Shown: positions 46,105-54,534 of the stretch, in pieces
Numbering within the stretch: the stretch's first letter is position 1
Layout: the number at the start of each line of letters is the position of its first letter
The notes under the pieces: model-generated
Told to the model about the DNA's origin: nothing
Databases searched by the model: none
The model's input: the letters and a program-made list of their open reading frames with translations, nothing else
Origin: Bdellovibrionia bacterium
GTDB lineage: Bacteria; Bdellovibrionota; Bdellovibrionia; Bdellovibrionales; JAUICD01
Reading direction: 5' to 3'
DNA length: 64,000 bases
NCBI GenBank assembly: GCA_030427965.1
Contig: JAUICD010000001.1
Coordinates: 18,625-82,624, forward strand
Made by a program: the position numbers and the translations under genes

Positions 46105-46833
46105 CTCTTTGATAACGTTGTCGCAGTTACCACAACTTTTTGTAAGTGAGATTTCGACATTCTCAATAAACTTACTCTGTCCACAGAGATACACACAATC
46201 GGTGGGTTTAAGGCCCAACTTTAAGATGTGATCTGAAACATACCCGGTTTTTCCACTCCAGTTTTTTTGAGGTGCACTGAGCACAATCTCGTAATTAAAG
46301 CTTGGGTTTTTTTCTTTTAGTTGATTGAGTTCATCCACTAGAAAAATTTCGTCTTGATTCCTAAGTCCCCAAAGTAGAAATGGAGAATTCATTTCTAAAA
46401 TATTGGAACTCAAAATAGAATAGTGCTGCGAGATGGCACTACCTGTACACAGAAAAACAGATCGCCCACTACAATTGGTATTGTAGTGAACTTTTCCACC
46501 GGGGCCTTCAAAATGAATTTCCTCACCTGTCTTTAGCGACTCGAAGTACCGTGTTGTCGGGCTATCAGAAAAGAGTCGAATAAAGAAATCTAAAGAATCC
46601 GTATTCTTATCGCTTGAAGCAATGGAGTAATACTTTTTCTTTGTTTCTTCACCCTCGAGTGTTTGAATTGCGGCATATTGCCCTGCTTTGAAAGGGAATA
46701 AATTTTTAGGCCTCACATTTACATGAAGCATTGTGGGGGTGAGCTTTTTTATCAATTCAACAGTGCCTTTTTCCATCCTTGCAATATAGGCCTTTCCTCT
46801 AACAGGTTGTAAAGGATCTGAGACAAATAACAC
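46096..46833 (-). CDS. Ferredoxin-NADP reductase-like FAD/NAD(P)-binding oxidoreductase
   Basis: 'FKAGQYAAI', 'KKYYSIAS' (RxYS-like FAD motif) and 'VFLCTGSAISQ' (NAD(P) motif). An alternative start is 'MEKGTVEL' at 46776. Confidence 0.6.
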   Translation of the reverse strand: MLFVSDPLQPVRGKAYIARMEKGTVELIKKLTPTMLHVNVRPKNLFPFKAGQYAAIQTLEGEETKKKYYSIASSDKNTDSLDFFIRLFSDSPTTRYFESLKTGEEIHFEGPGGKVHYNTNCSGRSVFLCTGSAISQHYSILSSNILEMNSPFLLWGLRNQDEIFLVDELNQLKEKNPSFNYEIVLSAPQKNWSGKTGYVSDHILKLGLKPTDCVYLCGQSKFIENVEISLTKSCGNCDNVIKESY

Positions 46834-46920
46834 AAAGCATTAAGGGCCTGCAGTCCTCTCCTGCCTTTGACTTAAACTCGCGTTAAAAGTACATACGCTG
46901 TAGAAAAGAAGGCCAAAAAG

Positions 46921-48639
46921 TTGAAGTTTGAAGATCTGAATCTATCACCTGAGTTATTGAGCGGCATTAAATCGGCGAAGTTCGAAAAGTGCACCCCTGT
47001 TCAAGAGACTGTTATTACTCCGGCACTGGAGGGAAAGGACATCTCGGGCCTTGCGCAAACAGGGACTGGCAAGACCGCCGCTTTCCTTGTCCCAATGATG
47101 GAGCGAATTTGGAGCTCCAAAGTTCAAAACAAAACAGAAGACAACAAAAAGCGTGAATTCAAAGATTGGAAGAAGGGTGACTTTGTTCTTATTCTCGTTC
47201 CAACCAGAGAGCTTGCAGAACAGGTTTTTAGCGATGTCTATAAACTCCGAGGAGATACAGGAATTGAGGCTGTTGCTATTTACGGTGGAGCTTCTTATGA
47301 GGGGCAGAAAGAAAAGATCAACGCTGGGGTTGAAATTATAATTGGAACACCGGGAAGACTGATTGATCTCTATAAATCTCACTCTTTGGATCTTAAAAAA
47401 GTGCGTGGAATGGTTTTTGATGAAGCCGATCGCATGTTTGATATGGGGTTTAAAGATGACATGCAGTACGTTCTTTATAGAGCCCCAAAAGATCGTCAGA
47501 TTCTTTTGTTTAGTGCAACTCTCAACTTTGATGTTGTAACAACGGCTTACAAATTTGGTGCAGATCCAATTGAATTCAATTTAAGTAAAGATGAGGTAAA
47601 AGCTGAAAATGTGGAGGATGAAATTTTTCACATCGGTACGGCAGAGAAACCAAAGTACCTACTTTCAATACTTAAAAAACTTGATCCGAAACAAGTGATT
47701 ATTTTTAGCAATTTTAAATCCAATGTTTCTCTGATTGCACACTTTCTCAATAAAAATGGATATCATGCGGTTGGGATTTCGAGTCTTTTGACTCAAGGGC
47801 AGCGCAACCGAGTGATGGAGCAGTTCAAGGGAGACTCCAAACACAATGTGATGGTTGCAACAGATTTAGCCGCTCGTGGTTTGGACGTAAAGGGCGTGGA
47901 TCTTGTTGTGAACTACGAGCTTCCAGATGATCCAGAGAACTATATCCACAGGATTGGTCGAACGGGCCGTGCTGGTAAGAAGGGGCGGGCCAATAGTTTT
48001 GTTGGAGATCGTGACGTTGAAGCTCTTATGAGGATTGAAGAGTATTTGAAAATGAAACTTCCCGTTGGATGGATGGAAGACACCGAGTTATTAGAAGAGT
48101 TTGTTCAATTTCCGCGTGAATCGGACACTCGCCCAAGAAGATCGAATTCAAATTCAGGACAATCTGGTGGTCGTTCCCCACGTGGGCGAAAGAGTAGATC
48201 TCAGGGTGGAGGGAGAAGCCAGCAGAGAAATTCTCGTACTCGAAATGAGGATGATCGAAAGCGCAGTTCAAGTGCCCAAAACCGAAGTGACCGTTCAAGT
48301 CGCGGAAGTGAAAAATCTGAAAGTCGTTCAACATCAGAAAGAAACCACTCAGATAGAAGTAAAAGACGTGACGGGCGTACAAGCAATGAAAGCAGTAACC
48401 GTCAATCAGGTGAAACAGTTCATCGTGATAGAAAGACAGGGCGTCATGGAAATCGTGCAAATGCGAATAACAGCAATAATAAATCTCATAACTCTCAAAC
48501 AAAATCCGCACGGCCGCAGAAACCAAAACGTAAGAACACTCGTAGAAGATCATCCAATCGTCGTTCAAGACAGGTGACTCAGCAGCCAAAGTCAATGGGT
48601 CAAAAAATCAAAGGCTTCTTTAAAAAGATTTTTGAATAG
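46921..48639 (+). CDS. DEAD-box ATP-dependent RNA helicase with ~170-aa R/S/N-rich C-terminal tail
   Basis: Q motif 'FEKCTPVQ', 'AQTGTGKTAAF', 'PTRELA', 'DEAD', 'SAT' and 'HRIGRTGRAG'. TTG start. Confidence 0.9.
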   Translation: MKFEDLNLSPELLSGIKSAKFEKCTPVQETVITPALEGKDISGLAQTGTGKTAAFLVPMMERIWSSKVQNKTEDNKKREFKDWKKGDFVLILVPTRELAEQVFSDVYKLRGDTGIEAVAIYGGASYEGQKEKINAGVEIIIGTPGRLIDLYKSHSLDLKKVRGMVFDEADRMFDMGFKDDMQYVLYRAPKDRQILLFSATLNFDVVTTAYKFGADPIEFNLSKDEVKAENVEDEIFHIGTAEKPKYLLSILKKLDPKQVIIFSNFKSNVSLIAHFLNKNGYHAVGISSLLTQGQRNRVMEQFKGDSKHNVMVATDLAARGLDVKGVDLVVNYELPDDPENYIHRIGRTGRAGKKGRANSFVGDRDVEALMRIEEYLKMKLPVGWMEDTELLEEFVQFPRESDTRPRRSNSNSGQSGGRSPRGRKSRSQGGGRSQQRNSRTRNEDDRKRSSSAQNRSDRSSRGSEKSESRSTSERNHSDRSKRRDGRTSNESSNRQSGETVHRDRKTGRHGNRANANNSNNKSHNSQTKSARPQKPKRKNTRRRSSNRRSRQVTQQPKSMGQKIKGFFKKIFE

Positions 48640-48647
48640 ATAAAATA

Positions 48648-50603
48648 TCAGTAGTTCTGTCTACTGCTTGCGACTGGTTTGAGTGGGAATTGACCCGGAA
48701 CAGTCACGGTAGTTCCGTTATTTGTCTTCACTTGAGTTTCCCAACGAACGTTTATTTTTTCAAGTTTTCCATCGTCTGAGAAGTTCCAGTTTGCCTCAGT
48801 TAAAACCACATCAGTTGCCTTGATTACTGGATTGGTAGCTGTTGCGGTTTCGACGATTTCAGAAAATCGACTGAAAACAATTTCTTCAGCAGCAATTCTT
48901 CTTACAACGTCTCTATTTAGCTTTAAACTTCTGGGATAGTAATCGCGATCATCTATTTCCCCATTTTGAAGTTGTCTTTGTAGGTGTTCGTATTCTTGTC
49001 GTTCACTTTCTAGAAGAGAGCTCAGTGGTACCTCACTCAAGTGCGTTGCAAAAATACGGGAAATGAGTTTTGTAATATCTTTGGATATCCCGTAGTTGAG
49101 GTCTTGGGCCAGGGATTCAATGCCCTCTTTGGAGTTTCTGGCTTCTTCTAGTATCTTCATTTGTAAGTTTCGCATCTGTTCAGGGCTCATTGCTCCATAA
49201 GCGGAGTGGTGATTGTGAGCGCAATTTTCATGACTGTGATTGTATAAGGCTTCGTAAAGACCAATGTTTTCTTGTAACCATGTTTTTCCACTGATAAAGC
49301 CAAGACACGTGTTTGCGCCATACATCAATGAGCTTACATCTCGTAGACCGATAGTTGCTAAGCCTCCCCCCATTTTAATGAGGGATTCTGAAAGAAGTGC
49401 GAGTTCGTTGACAGCTTCACGTTGCTTCTCTTCACGTTCTTGAAATTTTTCATTCAGCAGATTTTCGTTAAAAAAATTTTCAAGTGAGATTGAGTAATTG
49501 TTTGCTTCCTCGCAGTATTGACCAAAGAGAATTGTGGCCCGTTGCAATTTATCAGAAGTATCAATTTTTTTCTTTAGAGATTGAAAACCTAGGTGACAAT
49601 TGCTTTTTGATATTTTCAAGTAAGAGTCTGGTAAAACTCCGTTTGGGTTAATGGATTCATCCATCATCAGCTCAGCTAAAATATCTACCCGTTCATGTAC
49701 CAAACATGAACCTGCAGAGTTTAGTTCGTAGTCGGAAAGGAGTTTTCCTGATTGAGATTTGGGTGCTACTTGACAAACAAAAACTCTAAGGTTTGTACCC
49801 GCTTGCAGTTCACTGAGTTTACATATGTCATCCCAAGTTTCATCAACAAGGCCAATCAAATCACATTGCTCTGTTTCAAGATCTGGCATGAAATCATTAT
49901 TTGGATTTAATTTTTTCATGCAATCGATGTATTTTTTTACTTTAGGCAAAAGTTGAGCCAGTGTACTTTCTATGGGTTTTATAAGATCTTCTTCATATGA
50001 TGAAAAATTGGGTTCGCGTATATACCCTCTGGGTAACTCAGGAAGCTTGGGAAGCTGAGTACTTTTATCATTTGGCTCTCCTGACGTCAGGAGATCATAG
50101 TGGTCTTTCATTTCTTGACTGTAACGGGCAAGTTTTTGGGGATCTCTTTGTAGGAGCAGTGATTGTGCCTGAGATTTGGTTTGCTCGCGTGAGCTTTGGT
50201 AAATGTCATACAATAGTTTTTGCATGCGTGGGGAGTCTCTATAAAGGTAAACCATATCTTCGAGTTCTTCAAGTTCCTCTGGTGTTGGAGCGTCGGCCGT
50301 TCTTATAAATTGCACAAGTTCAGTTGATTTTGGGTGATATGGAATATGAACTTGAGTCCCGGCATCAATTCGGTTTTTCATTGCCACACGTATGATGCCA
50401 GATGGGGAGGGGGGATAGTATTCTGTACTTGTTTGTAATCCTCCTGAGTATCCAAATCCTCCACCGACTCCTTCCCCATAGCCGTACATTTCTGATTGGA
50501 GTTTATGGATATCTTGCTGGATAGCTCCCAATTCTTGTTGATTCTGAGCGAGGCTTAGATAGGAAAAAGTCAAAAGAGTTATATTCTTAAGAATAGAAAC
50601 CAT
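48648..50603 (-). CDS. Secreted hypothetical protein (651 aa) with His/Cys cluster
   Basis: Signal peptide 'LLTFSYLSLA/QN', a Gly/Tyr-rich stretch 'YGYGEGVGGGFGYSGG', and the cluster 'HSHENCAHNHH'. Confidence 0.55.
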   Translation of the reverse strand: MVSILKNITLLTFSYLSLAQNQQELGAIQQDIHKLQSEMYGYGEGVGGGFGYSGGLQTSTEYYPPSPSGIIRVAMKNRIDAGTQVHIPYHPKSTELVQFIRTADAPTPEELEELEDMVYLYRDSPRMQKLLYDIYQSSREQTKSQAQSLLLQRDPQKLARYSQEMKDHYDLLTSGEPNDKSTQLPKLPELPRGYIREPNFSSYEEDLIKPIESTLAQLLPKVKKYIDCMKKLNPNNDFMPDLETEQCDLIGLVDETWDDICKLSELQAGTNLRVFVCQVAPKSQSGKLLSDYELNSAGSCLVHERVDILAELMMDESINPNGVLPDSYLKISKSNCHLGFQSLKKKIDTSDKLQRATILFGQYCEEANNYSISLENFFNENLLNEKFQEREEKQREAVNELALLSESLIKMGGGLATIGLRDVSSLMYGANTCLGFISGKTWLQENIGLYEALYNHSHENCAHNHHSAYGAMSPEQMRNLQMKILEEARNSKEGIESLAQDLNYGISKDITKLISRIFATHLSEVPLSSLLESERQEYEHLQRQLQNGEIDDRDYYPRSLKLNRDVVRRIAAEEIVFSRFSEIVETATATNPVIKATDVVLTEANWNFSDDGKLEKINVRWETQVKTNNGTTVTVPGQFPLKPVASSRQNY

Positions 50604-50716
50604 AGTGGTATTTTATCGGTACTATGGTTTGAAGATTTGAGGGTACAGCTTTGAAATTGAGAGTGCGCCTCGACAATTGTCTAGGTAGATGAGTGTATAC
50701 TCTTAAGTGAACCAAT

Positions 50717-51229
50717 CTATTTTTTCTTCACCTGAAACTCAACAATCCCGTAGTGAGCCTCATTGTTGATTGAACCAAAATAATAACAGTAGAGAAGTAC
50801 ATTTTTCTGTTTTTTTGTTTCAGAAATTAAGGAACTGACAATTTGATTTTGAATGGGGATCCAAATCAACTTTTCACCAAATTGAAACTGACATTCTTTT
50901 GTATAGAGTTCCATGAATGCGTTGATCTTTTCGGGCATTTTGGTCTTTGCATAGAGTTTAATGAAACCATGGCTTTTCTTTGAGATATTTCGGCACATAC
51001 CACTAAACTCGCCTTCAAATTTGATTTTTTGAGTGCTTGAAATACTGGCAGTGTGTTCTGCATCAGATTTTTTAGGTAATGATTTTGAAACACTTTCTAT
51101 CATCTTCTGAGAAAATTTATGAAAATCAACGAGTTTGAAATCATTTGGGTTGAAAGCCAATGCCTTTTGAAAAAAGAAAAGCAAAAGAAAGAAACCTATA
51201 GAAGTAGATGATACGGTTTGAAACTTCAT
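50717..51229 (-). CDS. Small secreted hypothetical protein
   Basis: Signal peptide 'IGFFLLLFFFQKALA/FN'. 170 aa. Confidence 0.5.
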   Translation of the reverse strand: MKFQTVSSTSIGFFLLLFFFQKALAFNPNDFKLVDFHKFSQKMIESVSKSLPKKSDAEHTASISSTQKIKFEGEFSGMCRNISKKSHGFIKLYAKTKMPEKINAFMELYTKECQFQFGEKLIWIPIQNQIVSSLISETKKQKNVLLYCYYFGSINNEAHYGIVEFQVKKK

Positions 51230-51296
51230 TTTTAAACTCCAAAAGCTTATCTATTAAAGGCGCTAGATGAGAGTGCGAGCGCGCTTTAAGAGTCAG

Positions 51297-51830
51297 TTAT
51301 TTATTCCAAGCAAATGATTTGGTGACTCGGTTGCACTCTGGCAGTGACTTGGTAAAGCTCTTCTCGTTGTCAATACAAGTGATCACAACAGCTTTTTCAG
51401 GTTTGAAAAATACAACCTGTCGGACCTGTTTCTTGGTCTTTTTGTTTTGGACATCAATGACATAGGCGGGGTTTCCATCCTGCTTAAATGCCTTAGAGCC
51501 TAAGACTTTGTAGCCAAGTTTTTTATAGTCACCCATCCACTGGCGTACATATTGTTTGATGGATTTGGCTTTTTCCACATCCTTATCAACCCGAATTGTC
51601 AGTAAAGCTTGAAAACCGTCGACCGCCTTTGGTGCTCGAAAGAGCATATGTATCCCTTTTTTCGACGGAGGAGGCGGTGATTGAAACCAAGCCGTATTGA
51701 GATCCTTTAAAAGAAAACCCTCAGGGCTTTCAATGGAAATCCCTTTCGGTTTAACAGGAGAGGTTGTTTCCAAAGCTCCGTGTGTTGTCGAAAGGCCAAG
51801 CAAAACTATAAGAAATATTAATGTTTTCAT
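51297..51830 (-). CDS. Small secreted hypothetical protein
   Basis: Signal peptide 'MKTLIFLIVLLGLSTTHG/AL'. 177 aa. Confidence 0.5.
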   Translation of the reverse strand: MKTLIFLIVLLGLSTTHGALETTSPVKPKGISIESPEGFLLKDLNTAWFQSPPPPSKKGIHMLFRAPKAVDGFQALLTIRVDKDVEKAKSIKQYVRQWMGDYKKLGYKVLGSKAFKQDGNPAYVIDVQNKKTKKQVRQVVFFKPEKAVVITCIDNEKSFTKSLPECNRVTKSFAWNK

Positions 51831-51869
51831 AGTCGTAGTCTAAGCGGAATCTGCTCTGAGGGCAAAGCC

Positions 51870-52997
51870 CTACTTGCTCTTTGGGTCCTGATTTGAGGCG
51901 TCATCACCACAGGCTACAAATTGAGGCAGTTTGAGAGTAAAAATTTGGCTACCCTCGTTTCTATCACTTGCAAAGATCACAAATTTTTCATCCGGGGAAA
52001 CCTTGGGTTGTTGATCATTGGCGTTTGAATAGGTGATGCGATTTACACATCCCTTAAAGTCGGTGACATACAGGTCTTTGTTATTTTCTTTGATTCCAGA
52101 AAATATGATACGTGAACTTTTGGGAAAGAGGTTTAGAGTTGTTGGGTTTATATCCTCAGGGATAGGGATGGTTCGTGTTTTTCTTCGTTCTTGGACTTTT
52201 ATTTGGGTGGTTTTGCTCTCTAGCTTTTCAAGCCAAACGAGTATTTGTCCATTACGAGAGGCTGAAAATGATAGAATATCATTTTTAGTAGCAACCCGTG
52301 TTCGAGGTCGACGCCCATTGAGTTGAACGGACAAGATGCGAGATCTTTTCTCTTGGCGTCTTAAGAATAGAATTCGAATTTTTCGTTTGAATTCTTGAAA
52401 GTGGGGGTATCCATCAAACCCCTTGTTTCGTGTAATTCGAGTGATGATATTTCCGTCCTTTCGACTCATATAGATCTCAAAAGGGAGTTCATTGCTTTTA
52501 TTTGTTAAACTTTCAGGTAAGAACTCGGGACCAATTTTTTGATTTGTCGCAAGGCGAGCAAAATCTGGATATTCTTTGATTTCATCTGTTGTGGATGTGT
52601 ATATGAGTGTGTGAGCTGCGGCTTTTGGAAACCGATTTACTCCGTCGTTGTGTGTGATTTGTTTTTCAGATTTTGTGATAAGGTCCAGTTCATAGATTTG
52701 TGCATTTTTATGGAGTGGACGACTTTCACTTGAAAAATAAACTTTGGTGCCATCCATCGAATATTCGGGGTCAAAGTTTCTTCCAAATGAAGTTAACATT
52801 TGGGCTCCAGATTCATAATCAGGAATAGCTGCTTGAGGGAGGTCTGGCCTCTTTTGAGGCTGCTCTTCAAACTTTTTTGAAACACAGCTTGTTATTAAAA
52901 TAAAACCTATAAATGCATTAAAGATTTTTGAATAAGAGATGTAGGACTTTTTTTCTTCAATTCTTCTGCTGAAATCCAAAGAAGACTCTCCTGACAA
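51870..52997 (-). CDS. TolB-like (PD40/WD40-like beta-propeller repeat) lipoprotein
   Basis: Lipobox 'LITSC'. PD40-like repeats 'DPEYSMDGTKVYFSS' and 'SPDEKFVIFASDRNEGSQIF'. TTG start. It overlaps the mutY 3' end by 73-91 nt. Confidence 0.6.
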   Translation of the reverse strand: MSGESSLDFSRRIEEKKSYISYSKIFNAFIGFILITSCVSKKFEEQPQKRPDLPQAAIPDYESGAQMLTSFGRNFDPEYSMDGTKVYFSSESRPLHKNAQIYELDLITKSEKQITHNDGVNRFPKAAAHTLIYTSTTDEIKEYPDFARLATNQKIGPEFLPESLTNKSNELPFEIYMSRKDGNIITRITRNKGFDGYPHFQEFKRKIRILFLRRQEKRSRILSVQLNGRRPRTRVATKNDILSFSASRNGQILVWLEKLESKTTQIKVQERRKTRTIPIPEDINPTTLNLFPKSSRIIFSGIKENNKDLYVTDFKGCVNRITYSNANDQQPKVSPDEKFVIFASDRNEGSQIFTLKLPQFVACGDDASNQDPKSK

Positions 52998-53863
52998 TCA
53001 GATTTGGAACCATTTATTTTTACAAATATATCATGATGAGTGATGGAATGTCTAAAGTCGAAATTCTTTGGTGCTCTTCCTAGTTTTTGAACTTGACCCG
53101 GCCAAATCAAATGCCCGGCTAGAAATGGTGCGTATTCATTTAAAACGAGTCCAAACTTCTTTCCTTTTTTGGGTATTCTGGGTGACCAAAGCCAAATTTC
53201 TCGAGCGCGGCGAGGTTTGGGGCGTGGGCGCAATTCGATAGTCGAGTTTTTATGGGAGAGGCACTCACTTCTAACGGGACACAGCGTACAGTGGGGCTGT
53301 CCCGGTGTACACAGAGTTGCTCCAATTTCAATGAGCGCTTGATTTGTCACTGAACTGTCGGTTCCAGAGACCCAGCCATCAGCGAAGGCTTGCAGTTTCT
53401 CGCGCTCTTTTGGCTTCCACCACTCAAGATCCAAATCATGAAATCGGCTTAAAAAACGAATGACATTTCCATCAAGAACTCCAACGGGTTCGGCAAATGA
53501 AAGACTGGAGATCGCCCGAGCCGTATAGGGGCCAAGTCCTGGGAGTTTGATAAGTTCTTCCCATGTTTTAGGGAAGCCATTTTTTGAAAAAAACTTAGCA
53601 GCTTTGTGTAGATTTCTTGCCCGTGAGTAATAGCCAAGCCCTGCCCAGTTTTGAATAACAGATTCCTCTTTGGCCCTTGCAAGCTTGTGAACATCGGGAA
53701 AGCGTTTCATAAATCTTTCAAAATAAGGTGTTACAGCCTTTACAGTGGTTTGTTGAAGCATGATTTCAGAAACCCAAATACGATACGGGTCTTTGGATTT
53801 TCTCCAAGGAAGAGGACGAGAGTTTTTGAGATACCATGTAAGCAAGGCCTTTGATTGCTTCAA
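52907..53863 (-). CDS. mutY: A/G-specific adenine DNA glycosylase
   Basis: 'PWRK..DPYRIWVSEIMLQQT', the HhH region, and the 4Fe-4S cluster 'CTPGQPHCTLCPVRSEC' (C-x6-C-x2-C-x5-C). TTG start. Confidence 0.9.
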   Translation of the reverse strand: MKQSKALLTWYLKNSRPLPWRKSKDPYRIWVSEIMLQQTTVKAVTPYFERFMKRFPDVHKLARAKEESVIQNWAGLGYYSRARNLHKAAKFFSKNGFPKTWEELIKLPGLGPYTARAISSLSFAEPVGVLDGNVIRFLSRFHDLDLEWWKPKEREKLQAFADGWVSGTDSSVTNQALIEIGATLCTPGQPHCTLCPVRSECLSHKNSTIELRPRPKPRRAREIWLWSPRIPKKGKKFGLVLNEYAPFLAGHLIWPGQVQKLGRAPKNFDFRHSITHHDIFVKINGSKSDCQESLLWISAEELKKKSPTSLIQKSLMHL

Positions 53864-54435
53864 GACTCAGTCCATTTGGCATCAACGTATATTTGGGTTT
53901 TTTTGTTTTTATATTCCATTTGAACTCTGGGGTTTTCGTATAAAGAAACTTCTAAATTGCACTCAATGCACACTTGATTGGATTTAAATGAAACGGCAAT
54001 TTCCAAATCTGTATTTGATTCAGAGACAATGTGATTCAGAAGGTTTATCCAGAAGGTCTTGTTGTCTCGTATTGTTTTTGATTCAGAGACAGTCATAGAA
54101 ATGCTTTGCTGAGAATTTTCAAAAATATCTCGAGTGACTTTAAACCACTTTCTTACAAATACATCGAACTCGAATTCCAATTCTTTGTTTTGATCTGATT
54201 TTCTTAATTCGACAATTCCTTTTGAGAGTAAAGTGAGTTTTTCAATATTGCTGTCAATTTTTGGAAGTGCTTTTTGGAAAAAAGCCTCTTTGAATTCTGT
54301 TTTTCCCTCCGCCATTTTGCTGAGCTCTTTACTGTATCCTTGAAGGATGGCGAGGCGATTGTTGATATCGTGAGCGATCTCAGCAAGATCTACTCCAAAA
54401 AGGGCTTGAAGGTGAGCAAGTTTATTTGTGTCCAT
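53860..54435 (-). CDS. Histidine-kinase-like protein: H-box (HisKA-type) domain without recognisable ATP-lid motifs
   Basis: 'LAEIAHDINNRLAILQGYSKEL' is a phospho-acceptor H-box. A weak N-box-like 'WINLLNHIVSES' follows. No DxGxG or GxGxG motif was seen. 191 aa. Its stop overlaps the mutY start (TTGA). Confidence 0.5.
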   Translation of the reverse strand: MDTNKLAHLQALFGVDLAEIAHDINNRLAILQGYSKELSKMAEGKTEFKEAFFQKALPKIDSNIEKLTLLSKGIVELRKSDQNKELEFEFDVFVRKWFKVTRDIFENSQQSISMTVSESKTIRDNKTFWINLLNHIVSESNTDLEIAVSFKSNQVCIECNLEVSLYENPRVQMEYKNKKTQIYVDAKWTES

Positions 54436-54534
54436 AGAACCTTATTGCGGTATTTGGGCTATGACCCAATCCTTTATTTCTTGCGTCAAAAAGAAGAAAA
54501 TGAAATTTCCATAAATTGCTGATAGAAAATAGGT

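Noticed and set aside
48026-48595. 189-aa minus-strand ORF and 158-aa plus-strand ORF (48101..48577) overlapping the helicase tail.
   Set aside because: The stop-poor alternative frames arise from the biased AGA/AGT/CGT/AAT codon content of the R/S/N-rich tail. The helicase frame is continuous with the conserved core.
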